Positions 1 to 8,413 of a stretch of DNA of 64,000 bases are shown here, piece after piece (within the stretch, counting starts at the first letter, position 1; each line of letters begins with the position of its first letter). The stretch spans positions 1,056,001-1,120,000 of the forward strand of contig JBJMOW010000004.1 in the NCBI GenBank assembly GCA_045803545.1, read 5' to 3'. Source of the stretch: Gemmatimonadaceae bacterium (GTDB lineage: Bacteria; Gemmatimonadota; Gemmatimonadetes; Gemmatimonadales; Gemmatimonadaceae). A program made the position numbers and the translations under genes. The notes under the pieces were generated by a model. It was not told where the DNA came from. It saw nothing but the letters and a program-made list of their open reading frames with translations, and searched no databases.

Positions 1-236
1 GTCCGCACGATGAAATCGGCTTCGAGCGACAACCGATCGAGGGCTTCGCTCTCGAGAAAACGCTCGAGCTCGGAGCCAGTTCTAACCTTGCTCTCGAAGA
101 CGAGGTTACCGCTCTGAAGCAGCGACCGGACGTTCTCCATGCCGAGCGCCGCCAGGAAATTTCGAAGATCGGTCATCCCGACCTGACGATGGCCGCCGAC
201 GTTGATGCCGCGGACGAGAGCGATATGGGTTGTCAG
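1..236 (-). CDS. DUF1697-family protein, 5' part (runs off window start), apparent CTG start
   Basis: Manual translation LTTHIALVRGINVGGHRQVGMTDLRNFLAALGMENVRSLLQSGNLVF matches the DUF1697 N-terminal motifs (ALLRGINVGG, QSGN.VF). In-frame TAG at 245-243. Not in the ORF track. Confidence 0.8.
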   Translation of the reverse strand, partial: MTTHIALVRGINVGGHRQVGMTDLRNFLAALGMENVRSLLQSGNLVFESKVRTGSELERFLESEALDRLSLEADFIVR

Positions 237-289
237 AACTGGCTACTGGTTTAAGAAGACAGGGGTCTGCTACTGAAAAATATCAGCCG

Positions 290-487
290 GCGGGAGGCGG
301 GAAGCGGGAAGCGGGAAGCGGGAAGCGAGAAGGAGGGCGCGAGAGGCGGGAGGCGAGAGGCGGGAGGAGGATGCATTCGCCTCGCCCTGTCTTCACCGCG
401 CTTCGCTTCCCGCTTCCCGTTTCCCGCCCGCTTCCCGCTTCCCGCCTCCCGCTTCCCGCTTCCCGCTTCCCGCTTCCCGCTTCCCAC
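290..487. repeat. Inverted pair of heptamer tandem arrays: (GCGGGAA/G)~11 at 290-366 and (TTCCCGC)~11 at 407-487
   Basis: Read directly from the sequence. The two arrays are mutually complementary and straddle the stop codon at 393-395. Confidence 0.95.
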
Positions 488-1712
488 TCCTATATGGGCG
501 CTCCCACTCGCGCAGATGATCCAGCAGGTAGTCGAGCGAGAAGACGTGCCGTGAGTTGTCGGCCTTGCGGCGGAAGATCACGCGTGACCAGCCGCGCATC
601 CCCGTCGGGGTGTACCACTCGCCGTTCATGTGCAGCTTGTCGCCATTGATGGCGCGTATCAGTACGCGTTCGTACTGCGACCGCGGAAGCACGCGTTCGG
701 GGAAAAGGTTGTCCCACGTGCAGAGGCGTCCGACGTCCTCGTACCCCGCCGGCCGATCGTCGAGATCCAGCAGTGATGGAGCGCGCCCTTTCATCACCGA
801 GCCAATCAGCCTCAGGGTAAACGGGTCGGAGAAGCGGCGGATGTACGGCCAGAAGTGTTTCGTGATCCGACCGGCCATCTCGCGCAACGTCATGAAACGG
901 CCGTCGGTCGTTGGCCATTTGTCGGTGTCAATGTCGCTGATGAACGGGTTTTCGGGATAGCAATCGAAACGGGCCAGCCATCCTTTGCGCGTCGTGTGCG
1001 GCATTGGACGGAATCCACGAATCACCGGAATGTCGGTGTCGTCAAGCGCGCTGATTTCGTAACTTGGCCACCGCATCACTTCCCGCACAATCCCGACGAT
1101 CAGGGTCGCTGTTGCAATCATGAGCGGTGCGTCGGGAGTGAAGTCGGCAGTGACCTCGATGCGATCGCCGCGCGGCCGCACCCCGATTCCCGTCGAACGC
1201 CGGTTCGCCGCGAGCAGCATCACCGGAATCGGCAGGATGTGCGCGAGCAGATAAGCCAACTGCTCGACGGTGCGCGTCGTCCCCTGCTCGTACTTCGGCA
1301 GCTCGAACGAGATGTTGTAGTGGGTGCTGAAGCCGGCGAGCTGGACGTCGGTGTCGTGTGCCTGCTCCCAGGCATCGAGCTCCTGACGCACGAACAGAAT
1401 CGCTTCCCATAGCGAGCGCCCGGCACGCGCGGCGCAGCCACGCTCGATCTCGATCACTGGCGTCGCCACTTCGATCACGCCCGTATCGAAATACACGGCA
1501 CCGCCAGTTGGCAGGTGATACGACCGTCCTTTGCGGTGCATCATCTTCTCGCGGATGATCCTGCGCGGGCTGCCGAAGAGATCCTCAGGCTTCACCTGCA
1601 CGCCGTCCTGGATCACCGCGAATTCGGCTTCCATGCCGATTGCGGCGAGCTGGATACGCTCGTGCGTGGATGATTTGTTCTCGGGACCTTTCTTTTTCTT
1701 CAGCTCGGTCAT
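393..1712 (-). CDS. Pup-ligase/deamidase (PafA/Dop)-like glutamine-synthetase-fold carboxylate-amine ligase
   Basis: GMEAEF (GxExE), GGAVYFDTGVIEVATP (cf. PafA GARLYLD..HPEYAT), GFSTHYNIS (cf. GCHENY), RGDRIEVTAD (cf. RRLHVIVGD). C-terminus is repeat-derived (SGKREAG)n. Confidence 0.7.
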   Translation of the reverse strand: MTELKKKKGPENKSSTHERIQLAAIGMEAEFAVIQDGVQVKPEDLFGSPRRIIREKMMHRKGRSYHLPTGGAVYFDTGVIEVATPVIEIERGCAARAGRSLWEAILFVRQELDAWEQAHDTDVQLAGFSTHYNISFELPKYEQGTTRTVEQLAYLLAHILPIPVMLLAANRRSTGIGVRPRGDRIEVTADFTPDAPLMIATATLIVGIVREVMRWPSYEISALDDTDIPVIRGFRPMPHTTRKGWLARFDCYPENPFISDIDTDKWPTTDGRFMTLREMAGRITKHFWPYIRRFSDPFTLRLIGSVMKGRAPSLLDLDDRPAGYEDVGRLCTWDNLFPERVLPRSQYERVLIRAINGDKLHMNGEWYTPTGMRGWSRVIFRRKADNSRHVFSLDYLLDHLREWERPYRSGKREAGSGKREAGGGKREAGGKREAGSEAR

Positions 1713-1769
1713 TCTGCCTTCTTACCCAAAGTGCTTCACTCTTTCTGACTCTTTTTCGGGACGATTCCG

Positions 1770-2396
1770 TCAACTTTTAACGTCCCTCGGCACTGAGATG
1801 ACGTATCCCAGGTCGAGGTGTAGATGATCCTCCGCGTAGCCCGTAGGTGTTCCGTAGGGACGCGTCCAAACTCCAGGTAGCGTCTCCCGCGCGATCAGGC
1901 TGAAGCGCTCGATCGCACTTCGGTTGTCCAGGTAAGCGTCGCCAATGCGATAGATATTGGCGGCGGTTCCCCAGGCGTGCGGAGTCGCATTCTTGGAGAA
2001 CCGATGGGAAGGCGACCGATAGCCGCCATTCGCTGAAATGTGAACCAGCGTCCCAACAGCCTCCCGGAACCTCTCCAGACACACTGCAAGGAGGGTTATT
2101 GCGCACGGAACGTACCGGGGGAATGTGCGTAAAGGCGCGGCTTCCCGGACGTCGACCTGTATGAACTCCCAAAGCAGGAAGTGCGTGGAGAGCTCTACCT
2201 TCATCGCCGAGTCCCACGAGGGCACCTCGTAAAAATACCGGGGCAGCTGCCGGGAAAACCCGGTTCCGTCCTTCCATTCCTCCCCCGGTCTCAAGGCTTT
2301 ACGGTACTCAGGCGGCAGGGTCAGGCCGTCAACGACCCGAAGGGGGAAGTTGGGGGACTCATGTCTGGCCTCAGCGAAGCTCGACGGAGCGCTCAT
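1770..2396 (-). CDS. Peptidase M15-like (D-Ala-D-Ala carboxypeptidase fold) protein, no signal peptide
   Basis: GGYRSP, TPHAWGTAAN (cf. SxHxxGxAxD) and EDHLHLD motifs. Overlaps the upstream stop by 4 nt. Confidence 0.7.
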   Translation of the reverse strand: MSAPSSFAEARHESPNFPLRVVDGLTLPPEYRKALRPGEEWKDGTGFSRQLPRYFYEVPSWDSAMKVELSTHFLLWEFIQVDVREAAPLRTFPRYVPCAITLLAVCLERFREAVGTLVHISANGGYRSPSHRFSKNATPHAWGTAANIYRIGDAYLDNRSAIERFSLIARETLPGVWTRPYGTPTGYAEDHLHLDLGYVISVPRDVKS

Positions 2397-3295
2397 TCGT
2401 CGGGTGGGCCTTTGGTGAGGGCTTCATAGATAGCGTGTGAGATGGTGGCGATGGTCCGCGACCGACCCGATGTGTTCGGATCCCATTCCGTAAGAATCAC
2501 CAGCGCGTAAGGTTTGCGCTTGGGCAGGTAGATCACTCCGGCGTCGTGGGCGACGGTGGAAATCTCGCCGGTCTTGTGCGCAACCCGGGTGCCTTTGGGC
2601 AGGCGTGCCGGGATCCCCTGATTGAATTCCTGCCCGTGCATGATGTCCATCATCCGCCGAGACAAAGCCGGTGAGAAGGCTTTTCCCGCCGCCAGCATGA
2701 CGAGAATTCTGAGCAGCCCATTGGCGGTGACGCGGTTATTGATCCCTTTCTCGAACGCGAGCTCGTCCTCGACACCGCGTTTGAGGTCGATGCCTTGCTC
2801 GAGATGCAGCTCGTGCAGGGTCTCGTTGACCGACTGTGGTCCGATGACGCCGAGCACCAGGTTGGTGGCGAGATTGCTCGACGTCGTGATCATGTGGTAA
2901 GCGAGCTCGTCGACGCGCATCATCTTGCCGATGGCGTTGTGGACGGCTGAATTCGCGTCGCGGCCGGACTCGACGCGGAAAGGAATATCTTCGACGACGC
3001 TGAGGAACCGGTTGCGGACGTGGACGCGTGAGTGTGGCAACAAATCGCCCCGGTCAATGGCGGCGAAGACGCCGAGCAGGATCGGTACCTTGATGGTGCT
3101 GGCCGCGTGGAACCAGCGATCGTCGTGGTAATGCAGCTCGAAGCCAGTCTCGAAATCGTGCAGCGCGACGGCGATCGCCTTGGCGCCCGACTCCCTGGCG
3201 ATCTTTTCGATCTGGTTCTCGAGGGCGGACTCACTGGGCGCGGCGGCGCTCACACCGGCTGAATGTGCCGGAGATGTTGTTTCCTTGCTGGTCAT
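2393..3295 (-). CDS. Class A beta-lactamase-like serine hydrolase (Beta-lactamase2 type), no signal peptide
   Basis: AASTIK (SxxK), SSN (SxN), HKTG and HDAG motifs. Confidence 0.9.
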   Translation of the reverse strand: MTSKETTSPAHSAGVSAAAPSESALENQIEKIARESGAKAIAVALHDFETGFELHYHDDRWFHAASTIKVPILLGVFAAIDRGDLLPHSRVHVRNRFLSVVEDIPFRVESGRDANSAVHNAIGKMMRVDELAYHMITTSSNLATNLVLGVIGPQSVNETLHELHLEQGIDLKRGVEDELAFEKGINNRVTANGLLRILVMLAAGKAFSPALSRRMMDIMHGQEFNQGIPARLPKGTRVAHKTGEISTVAHDAGVIYLPKRKPYALVILTEWDPNTSGRSRTIATISHAIYEALTKGPPDE

Positions 3296-3302
3296 CTACC
3301 GC

Positions 3303-4223
3303 TTATGAATACGCTACGCGCGGGTCGGCTTTGGCGTAGGCGAGATCGGTGAGGAGGTTCACCATCACAAACACAACGCTGAGAAAAAGCACCGAGCCCT
3401 GAATGGCGGGCAAGTCCCGTCGCGTGATGGCATTGACGACGTAGCGGCCAAGTCCGGGCCAGCTGAAGATCGTTTCGGTGAGAATGCTTCCCGTCAGGTA
3501 GTATCCGAAATCGAGACCGAGGACGGTGATGATCGGAATGAGTGCGTTGCGGAGTGCGTGGCGCACTATGACGGCGCGTTCCTTCAATCCTTTCGCGCGC
3601 GCGGTTCGCACAAAGTCTCCGCCGAGTACATCCAGCATCGCCGATCGGGTGACTCGCGCGAGGAACGCGATCGAGCGCGAGCCAAGCGCGAACGCAGGGA
3701 GAATCAGATACTTGATTCCGCCGTAGCCGGATGGCGGCAGCCAGCGCAGCATCACCGCGAAGATCAGAATCAGAATCAGCCCGACCCAATACACAGGGAA
3801 AGAGATTCCGAGATAGGCGATGCCGAGACCCAGTCGGTCGAACCAGCCACCTGGAGCCCGGGCACTGAGAACGCCGAGTGTAATACCGAGAATAGAAGCG
3901 AGCAGCATCGCCGATCCGGCGAGAAGCAGCGTTTTCGGGAATCGCTCGAGAATGTCGCGAATGATCGGGCGTTGTGTGATGTACGAGTTGCCCAGATTAC
4001 CGCGCACCACGCCGCCCGCGTACAGTGCGAACTGCTTGAGCCGGGGCTCGTCGAGGTGCAGATCTTTTCTCAAACGCGCGATCGTCGCCGAATCGGCGCG
4101 CTCGCCCACCATCTCGGTTACCGGATCACCCGGTGCGACATTGAGCAAAAGAAATGTCACTACCAGCACCCCGAACAGGGTCGGGATGGCGAGTAGAAGT
4201 CGGCGGACGATGAATGCGAGCAC
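3303..4223 (-). CDS. dppB: Peptide/nickel ABC transporter permease (DppB/OppB type)
   Basis: APGDP, DFVRTARAKGL EAA loop, ETIFSWPGLG, DPRV. Confidence 0.92.
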   Translation of the reverse strand: MLAFIVRRLLLAIPTLFGVLVVTFLLLNVAPGDPVTEMVGERADSATIARLRKDLHLDEPRLKQFALYAGGVVRGNLGNSYITQRPIIRDILERFPKTLLLAGSAMLLASILGITLGVLSARAPGGWFDRLGLGIAYLGISFPVYWVGLILILIFAVMLRWLPPSGYGGIKYLILPAFALGSRSIAFLARVTRSAMLDVLGGDFVRTARAKGLKERAVIVRHALRNALIPIITVLGLDFGYYLTGSILTETIFSWPGLGRYVVNAITRRDLPAIQGSVLFLSVVFVMVNLLTDLAYAKADPRVAYS

Positions 4224-4226
4224 GCC

Positions 4227-5786
4227 CTACTTGCTGATCGTCACGTCAGTCCAACGCTGACCGCTGAACACTGCCGGCACGGCGAAGCCGTGAATCCAGG
4301 GCTGAATGGCGTACATATCCTTGTAGAAAAACAGATACGCCATCGGTGCGTCGGCGAATTGAAGCGAATCCGCCTGCGCGTACAATGCGTTTCGCTTTGA
4401 CTCGTCCTGCTCGCGGTGCGCCTGATCCACCAGCGCGTCGAATTTGGGATTCGAGTAGAAGGAGACGTTGCCGCCGGGCCCTTTGTTCTTGCTGTGCAAC
4501 AGCGGGAACAGGAAGTTCTCCGCGTCGGGATAATCTGCCCACCATTCCTTGACGTAGAGATCGGCGGCTCCTTTGCGCGCTGCCTCGCGCACCGACGATG
4601 CGTCGCGCTGCACGATCTTCGCGCGGATGCCGGCTTCGGCGAGATTGGCCTGAATTGCCTGCGACAGTCGTGGGGACTGGTCGGTCGTGGCCGCCCAGAG
4701 CTCGACGTCGATGCCATTGGGGTGTCCGGCGGCGGTGAGAAGCTGTTTGGCTTTGGCGACGTCGTGCCCATATGGTTTGCGATTGGCGTCGTAGCCGGGG
4801 AGAGTTGGCGGAACGACGCCGTTGGCAACGGCACCGCGGCCGGCCATGACTGCGCTCAGGATGGTGTTGACATCGATTGCGTAGTTCAGCGCCTGTCGCA
4901 CGCGAACATCGGCGAGGGGACCGCGAGTGGTGTTGATCGCGACATACCAGAAGCGAAGCGCGGGAGCGGACTGCAACAGCTTGCTCTTGTCGGGATCCGC
5001 CTGCCACGACTTCCCTGTCTCATCCGGTACGGTCAACACATCGACGTTGCCGGCCTCGAACTCGGCGGTGGCTGTGCTCATCTCGGGAATGATGCGCGCC
5101 ATCAGCGAGTCGCTCTTGGGCAGTCCGTCGAAGTAGTTCGGATTCTTTGCAAACTTGAGGTAATCGTCGTGTTTCCATTCGACGAACTTCCACGGGCCGG
5201 TCCCAATTGGCTTCTGGCCGAAGTCGCTGCCGGCGTTGTCAGGCACGATGGAGTTTACCGGCATTGCCAGCATCTTCGGGAAGATCGAGTAGGGCTCCTT
5301 GAGCGTGATCACGACAGTCGTGTCATTTGGCGCGGCGAGGCCGGTTATCGATGATCCCTTCCCGCCGGCGAAATCCTCAGCGCCTTTGATCGGAAATAGT
5401 GGCCAACCACGCCCGCCCTTCGTCTTAGGGTCGAGGACGCGCTGGAAAGTCGAAACCACATTTTTCGCGGTGAAGTTCGAGCCGTCATGGAACTTGACGC
5501 CGCTGTGCAGGTGAAACGTGTAAGTGAGGCCGTCAGGTGTCACTTCCCAGGACTTGGCGAGTCCGGGGACGACTTTGGCGTCAGCGGTAAATCGAGTGAG
5601 TCCGTCGAAGATGTACGCCACCGCGCGACCGGTCGGCACGTCCGTCGAGAGTGCCGGGTCCATCGATCGCGGGTCGTAAGTATCGCGCGAATCGATCAGT
5701 GTTTTGCGTTGAGGAGCTGATGATTCACCACCACCGCCACCACAGCTGAGAAGTGCGGGTATTACGAAGAGGATTAGTCGCCGCAT
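4227..5786 (-). CDS. Peptide ABC transporter substrate-binding lipoprotein (family 5)
   Basis: Start moved to MRRLILF, lipobox LLSC. Motifs LAKSWEVTPDGLTYTFHL, KFHDG, IGTGPW, VRQALNYAID. Confidence 0.92.
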   Translation of the reverse strand: MRRLILFVIPALLSCGGGGGESSAPQRKTLIDSRDTYDPRSMDPALSTDVPTGRAVAYIFDGLTRFTADAKVVPGLAKSWEVTPDGLTYTFHLHSGVKFHDGSNFTAKNVVSTFQRVLDPKTKGGRGWPLFPIKGAEDFAGGKGSSITGLAAPNDTTVVITLKEPYSIFPKMLAMPVNSIVPDNAGSDFGQKPIGTGPWKFVEWKHDDYLKFAKNPNYFDGLPKSDSLMARIIPEMSTATAEFEAGNVDVLTVPDETGKSWQADPDKSKLLQSAPALRFWYVAINTTRGPLADVRVRQALNYAIDVNTILSAVMAGRGAVANGVVPPTLPGYDANRKPYGHDVAKAKQLLTAAGHPNGIDVELWAATTDQSPRLSQAIQANLAEAGIRAKIVQRDASSVREAARKGAADLYVKEWWADYPDAENFLFPLLHSKNKGPGGNVSFYSNPKFDALVDQAHREQDESKRNALYAQADSLQFADAPMAYLFFYKDMYAIQPWIHGFAVPAVFSGQRWTDVTISK

Positions 5787-5855
5787 GGTGTGCTCTGACG
5801 GTTGACATGAAGGGGCGAAAGTGGAGAACTTTCGCGCACCCAAAAAGGCCTCATC

Positions 5856-6128
5856 GTGAGCGCAGAATACTATTATCGCCGCCAACTCGGCGCCAAGGAT
5901 CTGTTGCCGGCAGTTGGTCTCGGCGTCGCCACGGGTTTGGCCGCGTTCTACATTGTGCAACTCTTAATCCAGCGTACGCCTCTGGTGCCTCAAGGCGATT
6001 TGCCACGGACGCCGACGGCGCCGCCACGGAGAATGCTGGGCGATCGGACCGAGCCGGAGACAGAGACCCACTACGCGCGAGAGCTGCCGGCGGGTCAACC
6101 ACCGGGCGCGCGCGCACTGAAAGGGTGA
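5856..6128 (+). CDS. Small single-TM membrane protein upstream of TamA
   Basis: Hydrophobic segment LLPAVGLGVATGLAAFYIVQLLI. Stop overlaps the next GTG (GTGA). Confidence 0.7.
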   Translation: MSAEYYYRRQLGAKDLLPAVGLGVATGLAAFYIVQLLIQRTPLVPQGDLPRTPTAPPRRMLGDRTEPETETHYARELPAGQPPGARALKG

Positions 6129-8377
6129 AGCTGACCCGGGTTCGACTCGGGCTTTTCACCGTATTCGCCTTCCTCGCAGCGACTCCGCTTGTCAGTGCTC
6201 GCGCTCAGGACATCGAGTGCGAGCGCGGAGACCTCGAGGTAATGCAACTCAATTTCGAGGGCAATCATGCATTGTCCGACGCCGAGCTCGCGCGAGCGAT
6301 TGTAACGACACCGTCCTCGTGGGCCCGCCGCTTCCTGCATCTGCCGTTCACCACCAAGCATTGCCTCGACCGGGTCGAGCTGCCGAACGATAGAGCGCGG
6401 CTGATCATTCTGTATCGACGTCGCGGGTTCCCCAAGGTGAAAGTGGACACGGCGGTGAAGGTGCTGGCGCCGGGCGCAGTCGCGGTCACGTTCACGATCA
6501 ACGAGGGGCCCCCGATGATTCTGCGCGGCTTCGGCGTTCAGGGACTCGACTCTGTTCCGGAAGGGCCGCGCTTGCTGCGATCTATCAGGATTAGCGAAGG
6601 AATGCGGTTCGATCGCACGACGATGGATACCGCTGCCAACAGCATTCGTGAGCGACTGCACAACAGCGGATACCCGCGCGCAGTCGCCGAGAACCATCCC
6701 GTCGTCAATGACAGTTCATTGAGTGGCTGGGACACGCTGGTGGTCACGGCCGGACCACGAACGAGAATCGGGGCGATCAAGATCGACGTGACGCCGCTCA
6801 CCGATAGGAAGCAGCAGATTCCTACCCGCATCGTCAGGAAGATCATGGGTCTCGATTCCGGTCAGCTTTATCGCGAGAGTGAGATTCTCGATTCACAACG
6901 CGCGATCTACCAGACCGAGGCATATCAGCACGTGTCGATCGCGCCGGACAGCGGCGCCGATTCTCTGGTGACGCTTTACGTAAATCTGGCGGAAGCGCCG
7001 ATGCACGCGGCGCGCGTCGGAGCCGGCTACGGCACACTCGATTGCTTTCGGCTCACCGGCGAATACACGGACTACAACTTCCTGAACGGCGCGCGCAGAC
7101 TCGATCTCACCACTCGTGTCTCGAAGATCGGAATCGGGCGGCCGCTGGATTGGGAGCCCAACCTGTGTCCCGCCGCGAAGAAGGATGTCTTCAGCAATCG
7201 GCTCAACTACTACGCCGGCGCAACGCTGCGACAGCCGGTGTTCCTCGGCTTGCGGACGGTGCCGACGCTGACGGTGTACTCGCAGCGGATCTCGGAATAC
7301 AACGCATATCTGCGGACAACGTCCATCGGTGGCGCGGCGTCGTTGATCTGGCGCAGCCTCACACGCACACCGGTGAATCTGACCTACTCGATGGATCTCG
7401 GACGCACCGAAGCGCAGCCGGCTCTGTTCTGCGCGGTGTTCAATCTGTGTGAGGCGGCCGAGCGCGAGCGGATACAACGGACACAGCAGCTGGCGATCCT
7501 GAGCCTCGCGGTAACGCGCGACAACTCGAACAATTTGTTATCGCCAACTCGCGGTTCGGTGATTCGGTTGGAGGCTCGGCATTCTTCGCCGGCGATCCTC
7601 TCCAACAAGGACCTGCAGTTCAACAAGCTGGTCGGCGATGCTTCACGTTACATCGCGGTTGGCAGCTCGGTGATTGCAATGCGCGTCCGTGGCGGGTCGG
7701 TCTTTGGCCGCAACGTTCAATCAGCGACCGGGTTCATCCCGCCGCAGGAGCGTCTCTATGCCGGTGGTCCGACAACTGTGCGCGGATTCGCTCAGAATGA
7801 GCTTGGGTCGCTCATCTACATCTCCGGGTCTCAGGAAGCATTCTTCATCGACAACCCAAACGGGACCCGCGATACGGTGCTGCTGCAGGAGCACACGGAC
7901 AGCGCTGTCCGGCGAACCGTGCCTGTGGGCGGTAACTCTTTGGTTGTGGGGAATCTCGAGCTCAGAATGCGCAGTCCATTCCTGTCGGAGCTGCTGCAAT
8001 GGACCCTTTTTACGGATGCAGGCGAGGTATGGAATCGGGGTACTGGCCAGCTTAAGCAGGTGAAGCTCAAAGTGACGCCAGGAATTCAACTTACGGCGTT
8101 CTCTCCGGTGGGACCTGTGCGTCTAGCAGTAGGGTACAATCCATACCGCCGACCGCCGGGGCCGATCTACTTTGAAGGGACCAGTCTGGGTGGTGAGTTA
8201 TTGTGCGTAAGTCCGTTCAACACCATCAAGACACACATCACGTACGATACGAATGGGAATCCGACGAGCATTAGTCAGGACCCGGGCGGCATCTGTCCCT
8301 CGACGTATCAACCGCCGACGGACAACAGTCTTCGCAGCAAGCTCACGTTCAGCTTCGCGATCGGTCAGGCTTTCTAA
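6125..8377 (+). CDS. tamA: Omp85/TamA (BamA-like) outer-membrane protein with POTRA domains
   Basis: Signal peptide from GTG 6125, FEGN POTRA start, YAGGPTTVRGF loop-6 motif, C-terminal IGQAF. Followed by TamB. Confidence 0.88.
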   Translation: MKLTRVRLGLFTVFAFLAATPLVSARAQDIECERGDLEVMQLNFEGNHALSDAELARAIVTTPSSWARRFLHLPFTTKHCLDRVELPNDRARLIILYRRRGFPKVKVDTAVKVLAPGAVAVTFTINEGPPMILRGFGVQGLDSVPEGPRLLRSIRISEGMRFDRTTMDTAANSIRERLHNSGYPRAVAENHPVVNDSSLSGWDTLVVTAGPRTRIGAIKIDVTPLTDRKQQIPTRIVRKIMGLDSGQLYRESEILDSQRAIYQTEAYQHVSIAPDSGADSLVTLYVNLAEAPMHAARVGAGYGTLDCFRLTGEYTDYNFLNGARRLDLTTRVSKIGIGRPLDWEPNLCPAAKKDVFSNRLNYYAGATLRQPVFLGLRTVPTLTVYSQRISEYNAYLRTTSIGGAASLIWRSLTRTPVNLTYSMDLGRTEAQPALFCAVFNLCEAAERERIQRTQQLAILSLAVTRDNSNNLLSPTRGSVIRLEARHSSPAILSNKDLQFNKLVGDASRYIAVGSSVIAMRVRGGSVFGRNVQSATGFIPPQERLYAGGPTTVRGFAQNELGSLIYISGSQEAFFIDNPNGTRDTVLLQEHTDSAVRRTVPVGGNSLVVGNLELRMRSPFLSELLQWTLFTDAGEVWNRGTGQLKQVKLKVTPGIQLTAFSPVGPVRLAVGYNPYRRPPGPIYFEGTSLGGELLCVSPFNTIKTHITYDTNGNPTSISQDPGGICPSTYQPPTDNSLRSKLTFSFAIGQAF

Positions 8378-8383
8378 GCCGGG

Positions 8384-8411
8384 CTTCCGCCTCTCGCCTC
8401 TCGCCCTCCGC
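8384..8411. repeat. Four heptamers (CTTCCGC/CTCTCGC) filling the tamA-tamB spacer
   Basis: cttccgc ctctcgc ctctcgc cctccgc. Confidence 0.75.
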
Positions 8412-8413
8412 GA

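Noticed and set aside
230..649. ORFs 230-649(+) and 251-487(-) as proteins, including as a Pup-like modifier
   Set aside because: They are translations of the heptamer arrays and overlap the ligase gene. Neither has a GGE/GGQ C-terminus.
393..1712. Canonical Pup-proteasome locus (pafA/dop)
   Set aside because: No pup/ubact, ARC ATPase or proteasome subunit genes are in the window and the motifs are divergent, so no gene symbol was assigned.
2393..3295. Bona fide beta-lactam resistance gene
   Set aside because: No signal peptide, SSN instead of SDN, and no ExxLN motif.
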